Below, in pieces: positions 19,501 to 28,610 of a DNA stretch of 64,000 nt. The DNA comes from a virus (Duplodnaviria > Caudoviricetes): the IMG/VR virus record IMGVR_UViG_3300012952_003943, positions 13,003 to 77,002 of that record. One strand, 5' to 3'. The notes beneath the pieces are model-generated. The model saw only the letters and a program-made list of their open reading frames with translations, searched no databases and was not told where the DNA came from. The position numbers and the translations under genes were made by a program. The stretch's first letter is position 1. Each line of letters opens with the position of its first letter.

Positions 19501-22333
19501 TAGGACCACCATTTCGGCGGCCTCCGGTGGTCCCAGGTTCATCTACTAAATAACCGAAATGTGTACGATCGGCCGGCTCAAGGTCAATCACGATCATCGC
19601 CTTATCCCTAAGGGGCGATGAGAAAAACTCTTTTATCTCTCCTGAAATTCCCTCTTCATAAAATTCAAGTTCCGGAAGTGCAACTAGAGAATCATCATAT
19701 GCAGTAAACAGTCGGACTCTCTCATCTGATGATATGTCAAGGGTGGGGTTCCCGTCAGAGACACCCCTGCGAATCGGTGCCTGCGCCACAATAGGTTTAG
19801 GCCCGAGAACACTGGGCGTAGCTATGTTCGTCAAGCCTAATGGGGGCCCTGACAATAGTATCGATGATGTTGTGTGAAGGCGTGTTCCTTGGGCTATCCG
19901 CGTAAGATATTTTGTATCATATGGAAGTACAACGGGATAAATTGCCGACTGGGGTTGTCCTCCCTCAAAAGACTCAGCAACTACAACATTCTTAAAGTCC
20001 CTAGCACCCACCTCAATAGGTGTATTACCACCTCGGCCGGGACACATTTGGTTTAATCTAACAACATTATTTTCGACAATAGCGCGGATTCTTAATGTCG
20101 GGGTATGCTGATTTACTGTCTCCGCAAATTTTGCTGCGGCTTGCATACCTAGAACCTTGCGTAGGATCTGCCTGTTTGACTTCGGTGTGGTTGATTTATC
20201 AATTTTAGCCCTGTACTGCTCCTGCTGTTGCCATCTCGTTCTCTGCTCTTTTGAAAGATTCGTTAGATCGACGACTGTTGAGTCTGCCTCGGATATTATG
20301 CCTCTTTGAAACTCGAACTTTCTAGATCCTGCTGTGCGATACATGCGCAGATCCTTGAGGCCCCAGTTATCTCCAGTGGTGGAGGTCGCGTATAGCTGAG
20401 CAATGCGTACGTAATAAGGAGATCCGGGATAAGAAATATTAACTTTGATGCGGTGCAGTCCTGATGTTGCTCCGCCTGGAATCGAGGTAGTGTTCCTGTT
20501 ATCAGCTAAAGTACCTCCCCCCTGACTTTCAGCAACAGGAATGAGCTCCAATGTCTGTACAGGTTCATTTCCTACAGCAATCCCATGGACCGTATACCAC
20601 GTAGTGCCGTTTGTTGAATATTGTACAACAAGACCCTCGAACCCGGCGGCAAGGACACCCGAGGAATCCGGAGGTTCCATGCGAAGCCGCCCCCACGCGT
20701 CGTAGGCGGGGTACGTCAAGTAGTCCCACCCTCCCCGAGCAACTAAAAAGCTCAGTAGGGTATCACCATTTGTACCTTCGCTAGGAGAAATTAGCTGATT
20801 TGAAAATAATGATCTGCTTCCACCAACTGTGGCACCGGTTGCCGGATCAACAGAGGTTGCCACCTGAGGGCCGGCAAACACAAGAAGCTGACCTATGAGA
20901 ATTGACTCCCCGGCGATGGGGGCCAATTGACTTCTTAGCACAGGCGTTGGTGAGGCGCCGGCGGGGGCAACGTCGGGGAATGTTCTCCAGTCTGGAAATG
21001 CGGCGCGGAAAGCTGAGGAACCATTTGTGTCTCCTCCTCCCGTACCGTCAGGTAATGAAGTGGTTGCCTTAGCGCCGGCCCCATGGCCCGTTTTTCCTGT
21101 CAAGAATTCCGTAAGTGGAGGCCCAGGCCAAGAACCATGTAAAGTAATAGTTCTAGCGTCTAGAGGCATGCCAGTAAATTCAATCTCTGCAGTTGCATAT
21201 GGCGACATAAAATCGATTGTAGACGAGTCGACATAGGGCTCAAGTATCGCATCATTGCTCATATGCCTGAACTGGGGTTCGCGAGGCATGCCCCCTAGCG
21301 TCTTTGTCCTCGGATATGTGTTTGCAATTTGATCTTCTTCAAGCAGCCTCACACGAGCCGGATTGCTTAGGTATCCTGAGCCAGGCTCCATCATCGATAA
21401 TTTTGTTGCGTTGTAGACCGCTGCGACTTCACCGGCCGACAATGCTCTGTCCCACAAAGCAAGCTCTGCAACGTCTCCAGATGCGTGCCAACCCTGGTGG
21501 ACGGTTCCGTGACCAACCGATAAGGGTTCATCATGCTTTGGCAACATTCCGTTGTAGGTTCCAGCGCCGGTGTGCGTTGTCTGGTTGATAGCTCGTTCAC
21601 CATTAATATAGATCGTCAGCAAGTCTTGCTTGTCATTTCCGGTGATGTTCGGATCTGCATTATATGTGCAGACTATGTGTGTCCAACTGCCTACGGCTAG
21701 CGCTGGTGGTCCTACTGTGCTGGTCCGGGCGTAGATGCGCTTGTTGGTCGCGACACCAGATGAATCGAGCAGGTGGAATGCGACTAAGCCACCCTGGGCC
21801 CGGATCATATATGCTTCCCTACTAGAGACAGATCCATCACCACCCTTTTTGCCTACAATTTGCCTGTATGAAGAAATGCCTGACGGAAGAAATGATGGGC
21901 GGAACCACAAAGATATCGAGAACGGCTTATCGCTTGAATTGCTAGAAGTTGTCGCCCCGTTTGCTAGCGTCGTAAAATCAAATGTCCCTGCTGGGTTTGT
22001 AGGCAAGTATTCAACATAGCGAACGCCGCTGGTTAAATCGCCGTTGTTATTAATATTAAATGTTGGGTATGTTCGCTCGCCTATTGCTATTGCTTCCGGA
22101 AGGTAATTAGTGACCGGGGCTGTCGCCATATGATCATCTTTGTATGTTGCAGTTACTGATCCGCCCACCCTGGGGTTTAAGCACTCAGGTGATGGGTTAA
22201 CTGCACCCTCAAGATAATACGCGTTGAGCCGTGACCAGTATAGCAGGTTATCCTGTGCTGCGTATATATTGTTCTGGGCATCTCTAAACCTAACATTCAA
22301 GTCGTAGTTCTTATTTGCAATACTTTTCGGCAT
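16517..22333 (-). CDS. Giant virion structural protein with N-terminal LamG domain and inserted modules (1938 aa)
   Basis: LamG motifs FSISLWFRPS, WTHIVCTYN, LTIYINGE, GDVAELALWDRALSAGEVAAVYN (about 21410-21930); TAATG coupling. Confidence 0.75.
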   Translation of the reverse strand: MPKSIANKNYDLNVRFRDAQNNIYAAQDNLLYWSRLNAYYLEGAVNPSPECLNPRVGGSVTATYKDDHMATAPVTNYLPEAIAIGERTYPTFNINNNGDLTSGVRYVEYLPTNPAGTFDFTTLANGATTSSNSSDKPFSISLWFRPSFLPSGISSYRQIVGKKGGDGSVSSREAYMIRAQGGLVAFHLLDSSGVATNKRIYARTSTVGPPALAVGSWTHIVCTYNADPNITGNDKQDLLTIYINGERAINQTTHTGAGTYNGMLPKHDEPLSVGHGTVHQGWHASGDVAELALWDRALSAGEVAAVYNATKLSMMEPGSGYLSNPARVRLLEEDQIANTYPRTKTLGGMPREPQFRHMSNDAILEPYVDSSTIDFMSPYATAEIEFTGMPLDARTITLHGSWPGPPLTEFLTGKTGHGAGAKATTSLPDGTGGGDTNGSSAFRAAFPDWRTFPDVAPAGASPTPVLRSQLAPIAGESILIGQLLVFAGPQVATSVDPATGATVGGSRSLFSNQLISPSEGTNGDTLLSFLVARGGWDYLTYPAYDAWGRLRMEPPDSSGVLAAGFEGLVVQYSTNGTTWYTVHGIAVGNEPVQTLELIPVAESQGGGTLADNRNTTSIPGGATSGLHRIKVNISYPGSPYYVRIAQLYATSTTGDNWGLKDLRMYRTAGSRKFEFQRGIISEADSTVVDLTNLSKEQRTRWQQQEQYRAKIDKSTTPKSNRQILRKVLGMQAAAKFAETVNQHTPTLRIRAIVENNVVRLNQMCPGRGGNTPIEVGARDFKNVVVAESFEGGQPQSAIYPVVLPYDTKYLTRIAQGTRLHTTSSILLSGPPLGLTNIATPSVLGPKPIVAQAPIRRGVSDGNPTLDISSDERVRLFTAYDDSLVALPELEFYEEGISGEIKEFFSSPLRDKAMIVIDLEPADRTHFGYLVDEPGTTGGRRNGGPNNLMVYYNFDRRMWETIGPGQTQRVYSEGQVKSFLDTACIGFSRGVELIASGTNSQCRPISEFGFPFHPKFHATGSQALDMSRYITAPFVLEKYVYAYSGSWSPGSSYDFLTNLSFYDSYRSGSVPSLADSNGWNQITSQSNAQIDNGENSGWTDCMGRSGLSGGDPMWMPTYVDQCHRAAINSFFMLRQSKASFPYSYNSLSANVDDNGALGIFEITGSVPRKTQLTSGSNATTAVVDTTRDLVTYGQWTTYAPAPSGSQSPSGIPYAIMINDMSGVLDEGLAREVNTLDYGYFTPFEAATQNFGDFNATSFQPTADFEPPTLYGPLTGYPGDLIKTAGGSGYTADPAALLGTTAQGSSTGVGAKVYVTAIGAGGAVTTILVDGAVRGYGYKPGDRIRIDSGDGLAEFEVQNGGTLNISRGGTHKVQPSPTGSYIMRGVSKRPVTMSGSFSFQTGHDGNDEFNFRTSWRGGRSGRGIRSTDPRALVKGVDGMQPRGVAPDLDYTSEQNYLRMSVRPRNVNTFEFDDTSPYIIMPEDQLVFGWQTTMPGKLGRVTDCGPSTKDPYGYNFHGRRGSGPNMTLEPGAGKLILFGSFIKQDKELLPSSEQSLVSNQIHQVIGDNPVVDQFDVEYIESFAGSMFEEHVTGSMLDEESIGGASTPAPWPTPKARGISATANGTPNAAAIGTPWQNLNRSMTLQDSGTFRRFVRHPDSGERYYDSLVGDPSIYHAITNPGLAESLNGGAGSGGADDAIPVAPYGLADNSFSITFGSDAINARWMGAFPFEGVYADVDRLSLLDGFDDEINIVNSSNSVIGKAIPKSVFLALPGGGNDIIISSPAGETELPAARDAILKFWFGSGNGMSGSVDLVPTNIGTRRSTPKIRGWKYGLKSALPVNASAVYRRETYGQFRDMLEQRKNTRFFNEGGESENDRSFVTVPAVSVLFIDSETGDTTSPINTRSQNLSSHATSSVPYFDGDVRDREDNPDVNADFTITI

Positions 22334-23307
22334 TATTTTTTCAAGCCCCCATATGCTATAGAGTCAGTGCCCTGCAGGGATCCGATGTATTGAAACCCAG
22401 CAGTCGAAGACTTATAGTCCCTATCATTCATGCCGTCTATTGATCCAGACATGTGGCCAAAAGCTAATTCAAAAAGGTTTTTTTCATGGGATACGGAGTT
22501 TCGAACATCTGCGAGATCTTCATACGCCTCGACATAATCAGATGAATCTACCCATGGGAGCAACGTTTCATGATCATCATGCAAGTGCCCCTCGATATAT
22601 ACGGAACCTGACATAGTCTGTCCCATAAACTCATATCCACCATCCTCATATGGCTCAAATGAAGTGTGCCTTAAGTTGATCTGTTGTACTATTGGGCAAG
22701 ACCACCCACGGGAATCTTCGGCACCTCCCATAAAAAACCCACTCACCCTGTGTGCTTCAAAAGGCCAGTCAATTGAGTTTCTACTAGCCCTAGATCTTAT
22801 TGTTAACGGCTCTATTACCCCGTCCATCTGATCCGGATCTTTCATTGAGACGTTAAATAGGATGTAAGGGTAAATCATACTACACCCGCCATCCTCTAAA
22901 AAAGCAACAGGGTTAAACCCAGGCATATCCTCAAACGGCTCATCATCTTTAAATAGTTTTGGTTGCCCGTAATCTCTTCTGTCAACTTCATGATTCGGGG
23001 CAAAGGTAATCATCCCCTCCGTCGGGGTGATAGGAGCGTCGACTGTAGAGACAGATCCGGAAGTTGCGGTCGTCGCCGGTGCAAACTGGATTGAGTCATC
23101 GTATATCTTGCCTGCACGATTCCATGGCCGACCACCAACAAGCATAATAGGGGAAGAACCGGCTGCTAGCTTTGGTGACATACCAGCAAAACGTTGCTCC
23201 ATGGAAAGAACACTAACACCCTGCCGAAACGGCATAACAGATCCGGATAATGTTGCCGTTGATCCCCTTGTCAATGATCCGCTAAGTACTCTTTGTGTTG
23301 TTGGCAT
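22333..23307 (-). CDS. Hypothetical virion protein (324 aa)
   Basis: Translationally coupled at both ends (TAATG); contains DGVIEPLTIR; five [ST]GS motifs. Confidence 0.6.
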   Translation of the reverse strand: MPTTQRVLSGSLTRGSTATLSGSVMPFRQGVSVLSMEQRFAGMSPKLAAGSSPIMLVGGRPWNRAGKIYDDSIQFAPATTATSGSVSTVDAPITPTEGMITFAPNHEVDRRDYGQPKLFKDDEPFEDMPGFNPVAFLEDGGCSMIYPYILFNVSMKDPDQMDGVIEPLTIRSRASRNSIDWPFEAHRVSGFFMGGAEDSRGWSCPIVQQINLRHTSFEPYEDGGYEFMGQTMSGSVYIEGHLHDDHETLLPWVDSSDYVEAYEDLADVRNSVSHEKNLFELAFGHMSGSIDGMNDRDYKSSTAGFQYIGSLQGTDSIAYGGLKK

Positions 23308-26300
23308 TAGAACCTCTTCATCGTACCGACTAGCTGTCGAAGTAGTATCGTACCCTTAAGACCATGACGATTGTTTTCGCCTATGTACATATCAGAATAT
23401 CCGTAGTTGAATTTTGCACGCTCTAACATATGGGACTCGACAATAAAGTTAACGCCTAAGAATTTTGTCCTTCTGGGCACTAATCGATCAATTAGAATCC
23501 CCAAAGATGAATCAAACCACTTGAAAAACTCAAAGAATGACCTAAGGTTAATTTTTTCATCTAAGCGGTTAAAGTAAACCTCTCTTAGAACCGCTAGCTC
23601 TGGATACTCAGTAGAGAATAACAGTTCAGGATTGCCTAGTGCGTTATCCAGCGCGTCGAATGTAGAGAATATGTTGACAATATCTTCATTAAGCGCCTGG
23701 ACTGAAGATACTTCAATTGCGAACCTAGTATCGTCTACAGGCTGTTCGCTTCGCCTAATCTCATAGACCGGTGCAACCTCGCCTCCATATTTTGACACGT
23801 TGTCCCAGTTTTGCCAAGAGCGCACCCGGACTTTATTGTCTTGTGAGAATTCATCAAACTTAGGATCGAGCATACTATAGTCAAACCTTTCCGGCTTGAT
23901 AATCCTTTTTGATATCTCAAACGAGCTTCCGCTTATGTGCATGTTATTTTGTGAATAGTCGAACACATCAATTTTTCCCTGCTCATTTGAACTAGTGGTA
24001 TATTGATCTACTGATGCGTCGATCCGAACTTTCTGGAATGAACCGCTTCTAGTCTTTACAAAGTTAAAGTTTTTGGAAGGATCCTGCACGCCTAATGACT
24101 TAAAGTTTCTTGCATGCTCCCTTGTCTCTTCTTGTGCTAGCGCTTTAGACCAAAACCTGATCCTGCCTACACGCCCAGTAAACATAGTGTACCTACACAG
24201 GTCAGGACGATCAGAAGCATATGAATTTAGGAAGTGTGTTGAATAGTCTGAACCATTCATTCGGATGCTCTGTGATCCGATCAGGAAAAACGATCCAGAA
24301 ACGTTATACCATGGTTGTCCCGGCCTGCTGTCATAATCTTGCCATATTCCACCTGGCCGACGAACATTTAGGTGTGAGCTACCCCATGGCTCTGTACCAA
24401 AAAGAGGGTCTTCCTCAAACAAAACGCTGGAAGACTTGTATTCAGCCAAGTCTCCAAATGACTGGCGGCCGGCCCTTAAGAAGTATGACGATGAGACGAT
24501 TGAATTAAACTGATCATTTCTTTCTCGGCCAAACGTAATATGCCACTTATTTCCGTCAAATATATTAACACCAGGCAAGTTAAATTCTAACGTAGGACTA
24601 TGCTGGCTCGTTCCAGCCCTAACATATGCTTTTAGAGAAGCAGTTGTCGAGTGTGATGACGATTGAAACGCTAGTACATTTACTAGTAACCCTGGTGCAG
24701 GCCCAAAATCACCTACAGTTGAGGATCCTGTAGTATACATTCTCATCAAGCTCTGTGTTAAGGGGTGTGATACCTTACTTCTCCACACACCACCGAACCC
24801 CGTCCGGACGTCTATAGGTTCGTATTTGTATATTGCCTCATATGTCCAAGAGCCTGATGTCAAGAGACCGTCTTTGTCCCTAGTCGTTCCTATGACTGTA
24901 CCTTCTGGGTTTCTTACAAATGCACTTCCATGTGATATTGTTGGATATCCAGGCTCAACACGTGTGCCTGACAGGAAAGGAGAAACTAAGTGGGGCTTTC
25001 GATCACTAAGGCCTTGGGGAGATATTGTTTCAATTTCCGTATATTGCTTAAGGCTACCTGACATGTCTAACAGGGAAGACACAGTCGTAGATTTTTTACG
25101 AACTTCAGTCAAGTCTCTTTTTGGTGCACCGCCGAACTCTCTAAACCTGAATATTTTATCAGGACTGATTCCTGACGATCTCATAAGTGCCTTGATGCTG
25201 TGAATGGTTCCCTTTGACTGAATTATTTCATTTAAGTTAACAAGAATTCTCCGCCAAATTTGATTTTGTACAGTCTGCAATCCATTTGAAGACAAGCCTG
25301 GCTCTGCGCCCAGGTTTTCTCCATCAACTAGCTGAGAGAGTGAAGAGTTTGAAAACATGTTTGGGAGAGTAAATCCGTAATACTCTCCTAAAAAGGGAAG
25401 AAATTGATCTGCAACGGTGCCATCATCATCATAATCAACATGAAGCAAGTTTGAAAAATGATCTAAAAAGATCTTCATTTCATCAAAATACTGCGCCCAT
25501 GTAAAAAGAAGTGCAGCGACAATTTGAGGTGATCCCATCTTTCCGCCGCCTGGAATTCCGCTATTTTCATCATATGAATATGGATCTGCAATGTCTCCAT
25601 CTTCATTTTCAAATCCCTCAAATGAAGCTTGCTCTAGAAGGTAGTGCTTGGGAACTAGCTTTGTTATTAGGTTCGGGTTATTCGCGTCATAAAAACTAGC
25701 GGAAAGCAAAAGAGACGTGTTTAGTTGTATTACGTCAGGCGAGTCAGGAAATAGCACTGGGTTGCTATATACTCTTTCCAAAATCATAGGAGATTGTATC
25801 GATGAAGATGAAAAGCCTGTTGTTAGCCTACATGCCTCAGTATAGTTTTTGATCCTAGAGTGAAGGGATTTGCCAGAGCTGTCTAAGACAACGTTGTTAT
25901 TGGTATAACTGCCAGAAGCCTCGTTAAACTTAAAGTACAATACCAGCTTATCATCTTCGGTAGGAAAAATATTTTTGTACCTGTATGTTCGCTGTTGCGC
26001 TATATCTCTCGTTGAATGAAACATTCTGAGCTCGTCAATAGAGCCAGAGAAAGTCTGCCGTGGCACATATGCATTATCTGTTGAGCCGGTAATGTGAAGA
26101 CTTCCAGATCCGATTGTCAGTGGTGATAAAGCAAAACCCCAGTCACCGAAGCTTGAGCGATCAGAGATAGACTTAAGCCTCTCATTAACGTAAATTTCTA
26201 AACGACTTTTTCCAGGTGATCTATTATATGTTGCACAAACATGGTGCCATCGATCTTTTTGAAGATCTGCGCTGCATGAAAGAACTGCTGAGCCAGACGT

Positions 26301-26993
26301 TGCAATAAAGAATAGGGGTGATGATCCCTCGTGCGACTTTGATCCTGATAGGCCTAATGTAAAGCCATGGGTTGATCCGCTTATTTTTTGTAAGATTACC
26401 TGGTTAGTGGAATCAATGCTTTGCGAAGGTATGAACAGCTCCATTTCACATGCAAAGGATCCTTTCTTTGGATCTATTACAGAGCGTCCGGTTTGATCTC
26501 TTGATAGGTCAGGAAACAGGCTTCCGGCAAAATCTGCAACTCTAATGCTTGTTCCCAAGTCGGCGTCGTGTCCGTTTGCAGGATTTTCATCAACAGAAGT
26601 ACCAGAAAAGACAAGGTAACCTAAGTGCTTTGGGAATTGATCATACACATGTTTTTCAAAACCAGTTAGGCTATCAAGAAATTGCTGCAACTCAAAAGAT
26701 GAGCCGTCAAAAGGAAAGTGGTTAATAATTCTCTCAAATGCAACATTGACATTTGCTTCTGCAGAGTTAAAGAATGTGTGGTTAGAAAAGTCAGACCAGT
26801 CTAAAGGTATTTGTTGCGTGGACTTAAGCCCTGTTCCAGGCGCGTCATAATTAAACGATGAGGTTGAAATATTTGTGCCTGATAGCATACTAGCATTTTT
26901 GTTAGACACAAATCCTGCATCGTTACGCACGTGCCTAACAACGTCTGCCGCGAAGATTCCTGTCTTGTTAAATGCTACTTTTCCTTTCGACAT
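23307..26993 (-). CDS. Virion/baseplate structural protein with two LamG-like domains (1228 aa)
   Basis: WHHVCATYN..LEIYVNE..FSGSIDELRMF and FDGNKWHITFGR..FTGRVGRIRFWSKAL; the segment FLPFLGEYYGF..IWRRIL..SKGTIHSIKALMRSSG resembles T4 gp7 / P2 gpI-type wedge motifs. Confidence 0.7.
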   Translation of the reverse strand: MSKGKVAFNKTGIFAADVVRHVRNDAGFVSNKNASMLSGTNISTSSFNYDAPGTGLKSTQQIPLDWSDFSNHTFFNSAEANVNVAFERIINHFPFDGSSFELQQFLDSLTGFEKHVYDQFPKHLGYLVFSGTSVDENPANGHDADLGTSIRVADFAGSLFPDLSRDQTGRSVIDPKKGSFACEMELFIPSQSIDSTNQVILQKISGSTHGFTLGLSGSKSHEGSSPLFFIATSGSAVLSCSADLQKDRWHHVCATYNRSPGKSRLEIYVNERLKSISDRSSFGDWGFALSPLTIGSGSLHITGSTDNAYVPRQTFSGSIDELRMFHSTRDIAQQRTYRYKNIFPTEDDKLVLYFKFNEASGSYTNNNVVLDSSGKSLHSRIKNYTEACRLTTGFSSSSIQSPMILERVYSNPVLFPDSPDVIQLNTSLLLSASFYDANNPNLITKLVPKHYLLEQASFEGFENEDGDIADPYSYDENSGIPGGGKMGSPQIVAALLFTWAQYFDEMKIFLDHFSNLLHVDYDDDGTVADQFLPFLGEYYGFTLPNMFSNSSLSQLVDGENLGAEPGLSSNGLQTVQNQIWRRILVNLNEIIQSKGTIHSIKALMRSSGISPDKIFRFREFGGAPKRDLTEVRKKSTTVSSLLDMSGSLKQYTEIETISPQGLSDRKPHLVSPFLSGTRVEPGYPTISHGSAFVRNPEGTVIGTTRDKDGLLTSGSWTYEAIYKYEPIDVRTGFGGVWRSKVSHPLTQSLMRMYTTGSSTVGDFGPAPGLLVNVLAFQSSSHSTTASLKAYVRAGTSQHSPTLEFNLPGVNIFDGNKWHITFGRERNDQFNSIVSSSYFLRAGRQSFGDLAEYKSSSVLFEEDPLFGTEPWGSSHLNVRRPGGIWQDYDSRPGQPWYNVSGSFFLIGSQSIRMNGSDYSTHFLNSYASDRPDLCRYTMFTGRVGRIRFWSKALAQEETREHARNFKSLGVQDPSKNFNFVKTRSGSFQKVRIDASVDQYTTSSNEQGKIDVFDYSQNNMHISGSSFEISKRIIKPERFDYSMLDPKFDEFSQDNKVRVRSWQNWDNVSKYGGEVAPVYEIRRSEQPVDDTRFAIEVSSVQALNEDIVNIFSTFDALDNALGNPELLFSTEYPELAVLREVYFNRLDEKINLRSFFEFFKWFDSSLGILIDRLVPRRTKFLGVNFIVESHMLERAKFNYGYSDMYIGENNRHGLKGTILLRQLVGTMKRF

Positions 26994-28597
26994 TATGGAT
27001 CAACCCTAAATCTTACGTTCTTAGCCTGTTCAATATACTCTATTCCCTTATCGTCAACCAGCAACTCAACGGTATAGTTTTTTCCTATAGGAAGATCTTC
27101 CATGAACATTTCAAAGTACATTCCGTCCGAATCTGTTGACACTCGAGTTCCATTGTTGTCTTTTTGGAAAGGTATCACAATCTTTCCACCATCAAGCTGC
27201 TTAATCCTGTAATACACTTCTTCTAAGACGACACTCTTAAGTGAATACGGAAGTTTTGCCGCTTGCCTCTCTGCAGTCAGATCGTTAACGAATATTCTAA
27301 ACTTTACCCTATCTGCTCTCTTATATGCTGTTCGTGAATTTGTAACAGTGAACATTAACCTTTGTTGTGTTACGTTAAACGCACTCCTAGATATCGTTTT
27401 GACCTCCAGGCTGCCAGTGTGAAATGTTACGGTACCGTCCAAAGACTGCCAGTAGGTATCAAACGTTATAGAACCGCTCTTTATTGCAAACGTGTTAATA
27501 GAGTTTGTGACATATGGATCACTATATACTAGACCACCAGAACTAAAGGGAATGCAGAATGACGCAGAGTAAAGACCTTGAATGCCGTCCCCAACACCAG
27601 TGGTGATGCCCCCGACTCCTGACGTATTTGTACTAGCGGTATGTTGATTAACGATCGATGACGTTACAAACGAGCCGCTCCTGACTTCAAGTCTCATACA
27701 ATCTAGGCCTGTCAGCCTATCAAGAGAGCTACCGGAAAGTATGTCTGCCTGTTGCCCTCGATGATAATTTTGCAAGAATAATGAACCAGTAAGATCAAAA
27801 TAAAAGTTTTGATGATGATCTAAAATAGAATCATCAAATGAAACCTCTATTCTCGGCCTTAAAAACGGGTTTGAATTATGTCTTGTACCAAACCTCTTTA
27901 CAAAATATGACTTATGATCATATTCCTCAGAGCTTGTTAATGATAGTCGGAAGCCATGATTTGACAAATCACCAGACATTGTCGCAGAGACAATATTTGT
28001 AATATCCATCATCAAGTCTTCGCCACCGTTTAGGAAATTTTGTTGTTTAAACAGCGTTTGTTCGCCTGTGTCTAAATCAAGCGTACCTCTCTCTAATATG
28101 TCGATGCCGGTATCACCCATAGAACCTGAGGCATTTGCACCGCTGTGAAACCACAAACTGGGTGAACCTGAAGAATATGATGCTGTTACAAAATTACAAG
28201 AATCTAAATCACTGAATGATACGACATCCCTGCCCAGGCCTTCATCAAATGATCTAGACATAGGGAACAGGACTAGGTTAAAGTTTGTAGGCGTTGCTTG
28301 TCCACCCATAACATCATACATTCTTAAGTAGCATCTAAAAGAAGGGTCAGAAATGTCTAATATAGAACTAGTCAGCTCTCTCAACCTATCATACTCAAAC
28401 TTTACAAAGCCTCGAGACAGCTCTTGAACAGAGCTAGATATTCTTGTTGATCCGCTTATAAACGTCGACTCTTGCCACAGCTTAAAAATATCAACCGTTG
28501 CTGCCTTACCAGTGTTTGCATCAGTTGCCTTAAAGTCATTATTAATGATCTTGTTTGTAATGTATGCGTCGCTAGATGCAGTCAATATTAAAAACAT
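26993..28597 (-). CDS. Conserved virion structural protein (534 aa)
   Basis: Directly downstream of the gp6-like wedge gene; SD AAGGAG; eight [ST]GS motifs. Confidence 0.65.
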   Translation of the reverse strand: MFLILTASSDAYITNKIINNDFKATDANTGKAATVDIFKLWQESTFISGSTRISSSVQELSRGFVKFEYDRLRELTSSILDISDPSFRCYLRMYDVMGGQATPTNFNLVLFPMSRSFDEGLGRDVVSFSDLDSCNFVTASYSSGSPSLWFHSGANASGSMGDTGIDILERGTLDLDTGEQTLFKQQNFLNGGEDLMMDITNIVSATMSGDLSNHGFRLSLTSSEEYDHKSYFVKRFGTRHNSNPFLRPRIEVSFDDSILDHHQNFYFDLTGSLFLQNYHRGQQADILSGSSLDRLTGLDCMRLEVRSGSFVTSSIVNQHTASTNTSGVGGITTGVGDGIQGLYSASFCIPFSSGGLVYSDPYVTNSINTFAIKSGSITFDTYWQSLDGTVTFHTGSLEVKTISRSAFNVTQQRLMFTVTNSRTAYKRADRVKFRIFVNDLTAERQAAKLPYSLKSVVLEEVYYRIKQLDGGKIVIPFQKDNNGTRVSTDSDGMYFEMFMEDLPIGKNYTVELLVDDKGIEYIEQAKNVRFRVDP

Positions 28598-28610
28598 ATC
28601 TTAAATCTCC

